Part shown: positions 41,588 to 49,046 of the stretch, one piece after another | Layout: each line of letters starts with the position of its first letter | How positions within the stretch are numbered: position 1 is the stretch's first letter | From: Ignavibacteriales bacterium | GTDB lineage: Bacteria; Bacillota; Clostridia; Acetivibrionales; UBA4821 | Length of the DNA: 64,000 nt | Direction: 5' to 3' | NCBI GenBank assembly: GCA_050260055.1 | Contig: JBLNBO010000003.1 | Coordinates: 38,629 to 102,628, forward strand | Position numbers and translations under genes: made by a program | The notes under the pieces: generated by a model | Database searches by the model: none | The model's input: the letters and a program-made list of their open reading frames with translations, nothing else | Told to the model about the DNA's origin: nothing

Positions 41588-41627
41588 TAAAAAACTGCTG
41601 ACATTATATAATGTCAGCAGTTTTTTT
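41588..41627. terminator. bidirectional intrinsic terminator
   Basis: An A-run, then the stem CTGCTGACAT / ATGTCAGCAG, then a T-run. Confidence 0.7.
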
Positions 41628-41647
41628 ACCTGATTAATAACCCTATG

Positions 41648-41899
41648 TTAAAAATTGACCCACCAGTTTATAAATCCGAATCTATACCTTCTTTTTTTCA
41701 ATCTTTTTATCTCCATACTTAATCCTATAATTCTTCCCATTTGAACCCTTGGACTATAAACCAAGCCTTCTTTTTCTCTTTCTTGTTTCTTTTCTCTTAG
41801 CTCATCTACCATGCCTTCTAATTCTTCAATCCTCCGAATCACGTTCTTGTCTAATGCCCACTCGTTGATTTTTCTCATTAATTCCGATATTTTTCCCAT
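41648..41899 (-). CDS. hypothetical small coiled-coil protein
   Basis: 83-aa ORF with GGAGG upstream. Confidence 0.45.
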   Translation of the reverse strand: MGKISELMRKINEWALDKNVIRRIEELEGMVDELREKKQEREKEGLVYSPRVQMGRIIGLSMEIKRLKKRRYRFGFINWWVNF

Positions 41900-41985
41900 T
41901 ATTATTCTACCTCCTTCATTAAATAACGTCTTTTCTTTATCAAATCCTTTATTGTTGTTAACCCTAAATGGTTCCTTTTGTTTAA

Positions 41986-42408
41986 CTACAAATGTGTTTT
42001 CCGGAAATAATCCATAAATTCAGGCAGGTCCATTTCTTGTCCGTTTCCACAATCAACACATTGACAAAGTCCGCACTCATCACAATTGCCGAGAATAGCA
42101 TCTTCATCGAAAGTAAAACATTTGTCTTGAATTTCCTCATAAAGTTTTTTCATATGGTTGAAAACTTCTTCTTTTAAATTGCCTTGTGTCGTTTGAGGCT
42201 TAAATTCTTGCCCGGTATAAAACTTACTTTCGAATCCAGCCAATAAATCGGCGAAATTGATTTTTCCACTTATTCCACACTGGAGTGTAATAAAATCAAT
42301 TAGTTCTTGGTCTTTAAGATTTGCAGAATTGAGTAATGTTTTGATTTCCATAGCGTGGGTAATAATAAGATTTTTCTTTGCAATCTGCGCTGCCGATACC
42401 ATTTCCAT
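41986..42408 (-). CDS. hypothetical protein with a C-terminal Cys cluster
   Basis: Start set at MEMVSAAQ (AAAGGAGG upstream). C-terminal CDECGLCQCVDCG. Confidence 0.5.
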   Translation of the reverse strand: MEMVSAAQIAKKNLIITHAMEIKTLLNSANLKDQELIDFITLQCGISGKINFADLLAGFESKFYTGQEFKPQTTQGNLKEEVFNHMKKLYEEIQDKCFTFDEDAILGNCDECGLCQCVDCGNGQEMDLPEFMDYFRKTHL

Positions 42409-42588
42409 TTTGTTTCCTCCTTTAAAATTTACAACCCTCACCTTTATTAAGGTTTAATCAAGCTTCCGACCTGTCCGCAATATAACATTTTGAACAATTA
42501 GGCATATTTTTTCATAAAATATAGATACTTATAGTTTACCAAGAGACAAGTTCTCTGTCAATTTAGAAAACCATAAATTACTTTTTAA

Positions 42589-42954
42589 TTAAGCCGAACA
42601 TAGCGACTTTAAAGCCTCCGCTTCAGTACTTTTAAATATTATTTTGTTGCCCTTATTAGATTCATAAATCAAAGCCTTTAAGCTCTTACTATTGTATTTT
42701 TCGAAATCGCCAATAATTGCAAGAGCCATTCCATAATTCATGTATTTCTGCATTATCTCGCCAGCAATACATGTTTTTAATTCAAAAAAGTCTTCCGTAA
42801 TGTTTTTCTTATTGATGACTACTTTATCACAATCATAGTTATGCCTAACAGTTGCCATCAAATCTAAAGAGTCTTGCACATTGTTGATGATGATATCTTC
42901 ACTTGATACAACTGCGATATTTTGACTTTCCATTTTTATTACTTTGATTTCCAT
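42589..42954 (-). CDS. DUF4180 domain protein
   Basis: 121 aa. The core F(F)ELKT.IAGEI.QKY.NY....AI.GDF..Y.SKSL...IYESN.G matches DUF4180 as I remember it. Confidence 0.7.
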   Translation of the reverse strand: MEIKVIKMESQNIAVVSSEDIIINNVQDSLDLMATVRHNYDCDKVVINKKNITEDFFELKTCIAGEIMQKYMNYGMALAIIGDFEKYNSKSLKALIYESNKGNKIIFKSTEAEALKSLCSA

Positions 42955-42984
42955 GCTTTTCCTCCTTGCACTTTTATGATTATC

Positions 42985-43050
42985 TGCATTCTCGTTGATT
43001 GGGCTGCGGTGCAGTCCTTGTGAGAGTGCATTGTTATATGTAGTAGCGAC
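42985..43050. repeat. GC-rich intergenic element, short copy (E)
   Basis: It shares TTGATTGGGCTGCGG and GAGAGTGCATTGTTATATG..GCGAC with elements A and B. An internal inverted repeat TGCATTCTC / GAGAGTGCA is present. Confidence 0.7.
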
Positions 43051-43051
43051 A

Positions 43052-43780
43052 TTAAATATTCCTTGTAAATTTGCATGCTGGGTATCCAGAACAACCTAAG
43101 AACTTACCAAATTTACCTTTTTTCATTGATAAGGCACGGCCACATTTTGGGCAAACTTCGTCATTCTGAACTTCTTCCCCCTTACTTCGTTTTTCTTTTA
43201 CTACGTTTTCAACAATTTCCTTACCCTTTGATTTGCTCATAATTTCTATAAGTTTTTTTCTATCCCAGAGCTCAATTCCGTTTGAATTTGCTAAATCATA
43301 TGCGTTTTCTGTAAATGAACTATTGGTAACTACCATTCCTTTATTAGCATCATAGTACTTAATAGCTCCTATTACTTGTTGAATAGCATCAACACCAACA
43401 TTCATCTTCCATCTTTTTGCCTGAACAACAACTTTTCTGCCGGCCTTCTTCAAAACTAAATCTGCTCCATAATCATCAGTTTTTGGAGTTAAATGTCCAC
43501 TATAACCTAAATTCTTAAAATGTTCTAATAAGTAGTCTTCAAATACCTCTCCCCGCATATTATCAATTTCATCAATCCCACTTTCAAAAAGCTTCTTCCT
43601 TTTATTCTTTTTATATTTACTAATTGCTAGGTATAATAGTCCTAAACTTCCGAGAAAGGTTAACGCTCCTAACCAAATATTAGCTGTCTTCCCCCAAACA
43701 AATATGGATAAAATTATTGAGGCACTATAAAAAGTGTCAACAATATCCTCAAATACTGTGGTTTTTTTCCCTCTGCTCAC
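43052..43780 (-). CDS. membrane-anchored Mrr-type restriction endonuclease-fold protein with a C-terminal topoisomerase-type zinc ribbon
   Basis: Two N-terminal TM segments, the Mrr_cat blocks FE.....F...GY........DYGADL and VVVQAKRW...VG, and a C-terminal CPKCG....GCSGYPACKF. GTG start after GGGAGG. Confidence 0.8.
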   Translation of the reverse strand: MSRGKKTTVFEDIVDTFYSASIILSIFVWGKTANIWLGALTFLGSLGLLYLAISKYKKNKRKKLFESGIDEIDNMRGEVFEDYLLEHFKNLGYSGHLTPKTDDYGADLVLKKAGRKVVVQAKRWKMNVGVDAIQQVIGAIKYYDANKGMVVTNSSFTENAYDLANSNGIELWDRKKLIEIMSKSKGKEIVENVVKEKRSKGEEVQNDEVCPKCGRALSMKKGKFGKFLGCSGYPACKFTRNI

Positions 43781-43820
43781 AAAGATTCCTCCCTAAAAAA
43801 TATGTCGCTATTGCATATAG

Positions 43821-44040
43821 CATCCCACACTCTCGGCGTCACAGAGTTGGACTTGCAAAGCCCTTCTTCCTCGGTGGCGGCTTGTCCGCCCAGCGATTGG
43901 GATGCGGCACAAGCTTCCCGTTGTTGATCGCTCGGTATTGGGGCTGCTCCTCAAATAATGCCAGCAAACCTATACGAGAGTGAATTGTTAAGTGATGTCG
44001 GACGTCTAATAATTCAGAAGCAACCATGGATGGGTGCTCC
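43821..44040. repeat. GC-rich intergenic element, long copy (A)
   Basis: About 55-60% GC against an AT-rich background. It aligns by eye with 44806-44998 (block CACTCTC.GC.TCACAGAG.TGGAC..GCAA.GCC.TTCT.C.T.GG.GGCGGCTTGTCC.CCCAGCGATTGGG) and contains several short hairpins. Confidence 0.75.
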
Positions 44041-44052
44041 TAATAATTAGTA

Positions 44053-44727
44053 TTAGTTATCGTTTATACAATCAATAAATTTGACACCCAAAGCTGTAAG
44101 TTTATGTATTATAGTTGACGGAGTGACACCAAAAACCATCCCATGTACAATTTTCATTTCTACAAAATTAAACTGTAGTAACTTATTCGCATTCCCTTCC
44201 AATTCTTTATGTTCTGAAGTATTGATACAATAACCATTGACTAAGTTAGTATTTAAGAAATTTAATAGCTTAATATCATCATTTGTAAGAAAATCTACAT
44301 ATTTTGAAAACATTGAAAATTCATCCCAAGAAATCTTACTCTCAACAAATCCTTTAATTAACTTTGAAATAATATTAGTCCTATTCAATTCTTCAAGCCT
44401 ATCGAGAATAATTATTATTCTTTCAGTAACCTTATCTTGGAATTTCGGATCCCGCATTTTGTATTTAAATTCATTATATTTTATAGTATCGATACTCTCA
44501 TTTTTAAACTCACATATAAATTTTATTAGTTTTTTAGTAAAAAATCGTTCTTTAATATTTAAACCTGTCTTGCAGACTGCAACTATTGATTTTATTACAG
44601 GTATTTCTTTTGCTACTCCTTCATTAAATAATGAGTCTAGCCCAACTTCAGTTATATCAATTGCAACATCTTTTGTTCCACTAGTTAATTCCTCTGCTAA
44701 TCCTTTTTGTAAATTTTCAATCTTCAT
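44053..44727 (-). CDS. hypothetical helical protein (Abi-like flavour, unverified)
   Basis: 224 aa from ATG 44727 (the track ORF uses TTG 44736). No catalytic motif recognised. Confidence 0.5.
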   Translation of the reverse strand: MKIENLQKGLAEELTSGTKDVAIDITEVGLDSLFNEGVAKEIPVIKSIVAVCKTGLNIKERFFTKKLIKFICEFKNESIDTIKYNEFKYKMRDPKFQDKVTERIIIILDRLEELNRTNIISKLIKGFVESKISWDEFSMFSKYVDFLTNDDIKLLNFLNTNLVNGYCINTSEHKELEGNANKLLQFNFVEMKIVHGMVFGVTPSTIIHKLTALGVKFIDCINDN

Positions 44728-44805
44728 AATTCTCAACCCCTTAAAATATATCCAATTTTTAGAGCAATCGCATATATACGCGTCCCTTTTACGACCAAAT
44801 TCATC

Positions 44806-44998
44806 TAACGTCCTGCACTCTCAGCATCACAGAGCTGGACCAGCAAGGCCATTCTCCTTGGCGGCGGCTTGTCCTCCCAGCGATTGGGGTGTGGAGCGGA
44901 GCCTTCTTCCTTGCTTTTCTCACCGCGACTTTACGGTAGCGCATTGTTATAAGACGTGTGCCGGGCTCCAAAGCTTAGCGGTCACGGATGGCCGCTTC
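44806..44998. repeat. GC-rich intergenic element, long copy (B), abutting the stop codon of the 483-aa gene
   Basis: Direct repeat of element A. Its terminal 58 nt are repeated in inverted orientation at 46493-46556. Confidence 0.75.
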
Positions 44999-46450
44999 TT
45001 AATCTTTACACCTTACTTTTTTCAGCTTTTCTTTAGTTGCCTCTTCATCATTCACAGATATCTCAGGAAAATTCACAATCTCTCCAGAGGTATTTTTAAT
45101 CGCTTTTCTACATTCCTTTGAGAATTTAGAATCTTTTGTATCTTTTATATATTTAGCAACATTGAACAAATCAATTGTTCTGATTAGTGCTATATTTGAT
45201 CGTTTTGCCCCACTAAAGCACTTTTCAGTAAAAAACTCAGTTCTTTCCTCTGGTGACAAGAGCCTGTAGGCATTACCAAAAAGTACCCCTTTAGCATACT
45301 CATTAACTTCATCGCGCGCAAAATCTTCTTGAATATTTCTTTCAAGTTGGCTTAATTTTTCTATGTTTATAGCTTTATTATCCCTTCCCTCAGCTTCTCC
45401 AATGAATCGCCCTTCATCACCTACAAAAACCACATCAAATTCAGATTCATCATTTTGAAATCCTTCTGCTTTAAAACCCAATATTTCGAGTGCATGAATA
45501 ATTGATAGTTCAAGAGGTTTTCCCTGTTCATACAATAATCCCCGAAGTAAACCTTCCTTTTCAATCTCTACTTCGATATTAGTTTTTTGTTCCTTAAGCT
45601 TTTCAATTTTGTCATTAATAATAGATATCTTTTCAGTTAGCTTATTTTCAATACCAAGCCTAAATTTTCTGTCTTTTGCCCAGGCTGGTAATGGTGATAC
45701 TGCTGCTCCTTTTTTTATTGCCTTATCAATTTCAATAAGGCAAGATATATACTTTTTGCCAAAAGCTTTTCCTTCCTTCGTCCACTCCCACTCATCTTCA
45801 TCTTCATCAATATATTTAATGAATTTATTCTCGTCGTATTTAATGGGTGGAATAATTAAAATGGCCCCTTTTGAATTTGTAAATTTCGCTGCAACAGTTT
45901 TATTTCCTGATTTGGTAGTTAATAAACTGCTATTAAAATCTCCTTCAAGATAAATTTCAAACGGAGAATATTTCGAGAACCCACCCCAATATGTGGATAG
46001 AACACCAATATCTTTTGTAGCCCTAATTTCTTCTCCAGATACCGGAATAACTTTTCCAATTTTAACAGGAAATACATCATAACTATTCAAAGGTCGAACA
46101 ATATTTGTGTATACTGTTGATTTCCCCGTTCCAGAAGATTGTTTTTCTCCAGTGTAAACACAAACTTCCTCAGGTTTACTTAAAAATATGAATATAGTCT
46201 TCCCAGAATCAAAAGCCTCCTTCAACTCTCTTTGCCAGTGCAAAATAACTTCAGAACTTCTAAAAGAATATGTCTGATCTAACACAGGTTTTCCATTATA
46301 CCTTTCATTATAATGATAATTATAGGGAATACCCGGATTAAATATTATTATGTCCGCATCTAATAATGAACGATCAGATTCTAATGGAATGTATTCATCA
46401 TCATCACCTGGCAAAGAATAATTTACGCAAAAAATCTTTTTTTCTGACAC
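44999..46450 (-). CDS. hypothetical 483-aa protein: unknown N-domain, central coiled coil, C-terminal nuclease-like block
   Basis: Coiled coil KLTEKISIINDKIEKLKEQKTNIEVEIEKE. It is followed by GKPLELSIIHALEILGF......SEFDVVF....GRFIGEAEGRDNK, which resembles a PD-(D/E)xK-type core. That assignment is an inference. Confidence 0.55.
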   Translation of the reverse strand: MSEKKIFCVNYSLPGDDDEYIPLESDRSLLDADIIIFNPGIPYNYHYNERYNGKPVLDQTYSFRSSEVILHWQRELKEAFDSGKTIFIFLSKPEEVCVYTGEKQSSGTGKSTVYTNIVRPLNSYDVFPVKIGKVIPVSGEEIRATKDIGVLSTYWGGFSKYSPFEIYLEGDFNSSLLTTKSGNKTVAAKFTNSKGAILIIPPIKYDENKFIKYIDEDEDEWEWTKEGKAFGKKYISCLIEIDKAIKKGAAVSPLPAWAKDRKFRLGIENKLTEKISIINDKIEKLKEQKTNIEVEIEKEGLLRGLLYEQGKPLELSIIHALEILGFKAEGFQNDESEFDVVFVGDEGRFIGEAEGRDNKAINIEKLSQLERNIQEDFARDEVNEYAKGVLFGNAYRLLSPEERTEFFTEKCFSGAKRSNIALIRTIDLFNVAKYIKDTKDSKFSKECRKAIKNTSGEIVNFPEISVNDEEATKEKLKKVRCKD

Positions 46451-46492
46451 AAATCATACTCCTCTCCAAAATGTTTTTTGCTACCCCAATAA

Positions 46493-46556
46493 ATGCCATC
46501 CGCATGCCACGAGCATGGCTGCGAACACAAATATCCGGCACATGTCCTTATAGCTA
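46493..46556. repeat. inverted partial copy (C) of the end of element B
   Basis: GCCATCCG...CCGGCACATGTCCTTATAGC matches the reverse complement of 44941-44996 (GCCATCCG...CCGGCACACGTCTTATAAC). Confidence 0.65.
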
Positions 46557-46707
46557 TTAAATCATCAAACTATGTCGGGTTAAGTTCTTGTACAGCCTGT
46601 TAACCGACACATAATCTTTCTTTGTTAATTTCCTAAACTATACCAAAATTCACTATATTTTGCAATCCGTAAAAGTTGTCTTTATGCCTTAGTAAGAGGC
46701 AAATCAC

Positions 46708-46747
46708 TCTTCTGCAAAAACTGCTTTTTGGTGTCGCTCTAAAACTT
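46708..46747. repeat. 40-nt direct repeat, copy 1 (flanks the 271-aa gene)
   Basis: TCTTCTGCAAAAACTGCTT is a 19-nt exact core, with about 34/40 identity overall to 47861-47900. Confidence 0.7.
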
Positions 46748-46805
46748 CTCCTAAAAGAAAAACCGTCCTTGAAGGACGGTTTTAAATTAATTTTCATAAG
46801 ATTGG

Positions 46806-47621
46806 CTAAGCAATCCCCAGCTCTCTATGCATTCTTTCTATAAGCAGCTTACTTAAATAAGCATACCGTTGGGGAGTCAGATATTCCTCTATCTTCCCAA
46901 GAGCTTCTGCGAAACTCTTCCCCTGGACTTCGGCGACATAGCCGTATTCCGAATCCGTGAGCCTGAAAAAGACTCGGCCGTTTTCCATTCTCACCTTGAA
47001 CTTTTTGCCAGATAATACCCAGGCATCAAGGTAGCTTTCTGCCGCGGATGTTCCAGTAAGGTATACACATTCATACGGAAGCCCGCCTGCGAGATAATCG
47101 TTATTAGCTTCTACCAAAGCAGGACGAGCGCTGTAGGACTCGCCGTAACCGACCAGCGTTCCCCGGGAATTCTCAATTCGAATAACACGGAGGCCTCCTC
47201 CAGAGCGAAAAGCCCTGATGGTATTGCCATCTCGAAGGCTATCATTCAAGCCTTTGAATCCTCCCGCTTTCTTTCTCAGGGGAATAATCGACAGCAGATA
47301 CGATACGGTTTCAGAAGCAGAGAATTTTGTAATAATAGCTAAATTCCCTCCGGAGAAACTGATAATATCGCCTTGTGATAAGTCCACTGATAAATCCCCG
47401 CCGAAGCTGATTTGGATTAGGGCCTTTTCTTGAGATTCAGGCCGTAAGATTACTTCTCCGTTGTAATAAGTTTCGCAATCGCACTCTTTGTTCCACCAGT
47501 TTGCTTTGGTTTTGGCGTTAACTTTGCTGCGAATCTCGACTTCTCTACCAATAACCTGGTTTAGCAAATATCCTACCTGAGGCGCATTTTCTGGGGTCAA
47601 GATAACCTTTCTTAATTTCAT
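46806..47621 (-). CDS. hypothetical 271-aa protein, GC-rich relative to its neighbours
   Basis: Start set at MKLRKVIL (AGGAGGG upstream). Terminator hairpin AAAACCGTCCttgaaGGACGGTTTT at 46758-46786. Confidence 0.55.
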   Translation of the reverse strand: MKLRKVILTPENAPQVGYLLNQVIGREVEIRSKVNAKTKANWWNKECDCETYYNGEVILRPESQEKALIQISFGGDLSVDLSQGDIISFSGGNLAIITKFSASETVSYLLSIIPLRKKAGGFKGLNDSLRDGNTIRAFRSGGGLRVIRIENSRGTLVGYGESYSARPALVEANNDYLAGGLPYECVYLTGTSAAESYLDAWVLSGKKFKVRMENGRVFFRLTDSEYGYVAEVQGKSFAEALGKIEEYLTPQRYAYLSKLLIERMHRELGIA

Positions 47622-47860
47622 CCAAGAAACCCTCCTTTTTTTATCCTTTTTTATGAATATCCTGTTTGAGCAATAAGCACACAAAAGAAATTTTATATCT
47701 GACAATACTCAGCATCACTTCCTGCATGCACTAATATGAGCTGTTTGCTCTGGCAGCATATTTCATAAATTAAAAAAGAAAACTATTTATATGATACTAC
47801 GGCTGGAATAAGATTACAATAACTATTTCTATAGCCCAAAAAGCCCGGAAAGTCTAATCT

Positions 47861-47900
47861 TCTTCTGCAAAAACTGCTTATTGATATTGCTTTAAAGCTT
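47861..47900. repeat. 40-nt direct repeat, copy 2
   Basis: See 46708-46747. Spacing between the copies is 1153 bp. Confidence 0.7.
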
Positions 47901-48046
47901 TATCCCAATTCGAGCAATCCAGAAATATATTTAATTTATCCTGTTAAAAAAACCTTCCTAATGATAAAATTTTTTTTAGAAAAGCTGCAACCTTTTTGTA
48001 AGTCAACTGTTTTACTTTATGAAAGGGCTAACGGGGGGGTGAAAAA

Positions 48047-48607
48047 TTGGATGAGAGAAAGCTTATAAATGATGCGCGGGCTGGAGACAAGTCTGCTTTT
48101 GAAGAACTGATAAAAAGATATTATTTCCCTCTGCAGAAGTTTTTTATAAACCACGACTTGAACCTTTCTACCGCACAGGATTTAACACACGATACAATAA
48201 TAAAGATAATTGAAAATATAGAAAACTTCATACCTTTTAGGGAATCCAGTTTTTCATGCTGGGTATTCAGAATTGCATACAACAATATGATGAATTATTT
48301 CAGCAATCATTCAAACAAAATGATGCCCGAAGATATTGAAGAATACCAGGAAATCAAATCTCCCCTTAAAAGCGTAGAAGAAGAAATTATAGAAAATGAA
48401 AACCATTATTTAATAAATGAAGGCCTTAATTTATTAACAAAAGAAGATAAGACAATAATAGTGCTTCACTACATAAATGAACTAAGTTACAAAGAAATTG
48501 GAGAAATATTAAGTATAAACGAAAAAAAGGTTAAATGGAAACTTCATAATGCCCTTGAACGTTTAAGAAAGCTCATGAAAAAGGAGGCTTTAATCAATGA
48601 AATGTGA
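48047..48607 (+). CDS. ECF-type sigma-70 family RNA polymerase sigma factor
   Basis: Region 2 (F..L...Y...L..F) and a region 4 helix-turn-helix (LSYKEIGEILSINEKKVKWKLHNALERLR). TTG start after GGGGGGTG. Confidence 0.88.
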   Translation: MDERKLINDARAGDKSAFEELIKRYYFPLQKFFINHDLNLSTAQDLTHDTIIKIIENIENFIPFRESSFSCWVFRIAYNNMMNYFSNHSNKMMPEDIEEYQEIKSPLKSVEEEIIENENHYLINEGLNLLTKEDKTIIVLHYINELSYKEIGEILSINEKKVKWKLHNALERLRKLMKKEALINEM

Positions 48608-49046
48608 TGAATTTAAACAAAAAGTTATAGAATTCCTTTCTGAAGATGCGGTTTTGCCTAATGACCTTAAGTCTCATGTAAATGAATGTAAAACATGTAA
48701 AGAATTTTTGGTAGACTCAAAATTATTGCTTAAATCCTTTAAGGATAAAAGCTGCGATGTAAGTAATGATATGCAAGAAGTAGAAACCTTTATTACATCA
48801 ATTAATCCTTTATTAAATAAGAAATCTCTTCAAATAAAGGAAACAAGGCAAACCAGGAAAGAAAGTATTGCTTTAGCTTTGATAACAATCTTCTTCATCG
48901 GATTAATCCTCTTTGCACTTTATTCATACTTAATAAATGGCAGCTTATTTTTGATAGCCCTTTTAGCAGTATACACACTTTTCTCATCAATAATATCTTT
49001 AATTTTTTTACCAACAATAAGAAAGTATAGGAGGAATGTTTTATGA
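48597..49046 (+). CDS. anti-sigma factor (zf-HC2) with C-terminal TM segments
   Basis: It overlaps the sigma gene by 11 nt. N-terminal H-x3-C-x2-C (HVNECKTCKEF) and two TM segments. Confidence 0.7.
   Translation: MKCDEFKQKVIEFLSEDAVLPNDLKSHVNECKTCKEFLVDSKLLLKSFKDKSCDVSNDMQEVETFITSINPLLNKKSLQIKETRQTRKESIALALITIFFIGLILFALYSYLINGSLFLIALLAVYTLFSSIISLIFLPTIRKYRRNVL

Noticed and set aside
43870-43910. Twister-like ribozyme resemblance (CCAAT...GGCGG-ACAAGC-CGCC...GGAAGAAGGG on the minus strand); CTGATG at 35891 considered as a hammerhead core
   Set aside because: Only partial resemblance. The twister loop lacks the CCC needed for the T2 pseudoknot. The putative hammerhead lacks the GAAA junction after stem II. 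Neither can be supported without a covariance-model scan.
43839-44027. 62-aa minus-strand ORF (and an 88-aa plus-strand ORF) inside GC-rich element A, considered as a possible small protein
   Set aside because: The homologous element B carries a 1-nt indel and scattered, non-synonymous-patterned substitutions, so no frame is conserved between the copies. The conservation looks non-coding.
43821-44998. Diversity-generating retroelement TR/VR pair, or a retron msr/msd, as an explanation for elements A and B
   Set aside because: There is no reverse transcriptase ORF anywhere in the window. Mismatches between A and B are not adenine-specific, and neither copy lies inside a coding target.
42985-45000. 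Integron attC sites or a CALIN array as an explanation for the repeated spacer elements
   Set aside because: I could not find paired R''(RYYYAAC)/R'(GTTRRRY) cores at the element ends; only copy A has GTTAAGT. There is no intI. The elements are longer than typical attC sites and are not simple imperfect palindromes.
44237-45121. 294-aa plus-strand ORF spanning the 224-aa gene, repeat element B and the end of the 483-aa gene
   Set aside because: It is antisense to two better-supported minus-strand CDSs with RBSs. It runs through the non-coding repeat, and its sequence is low-complexity.
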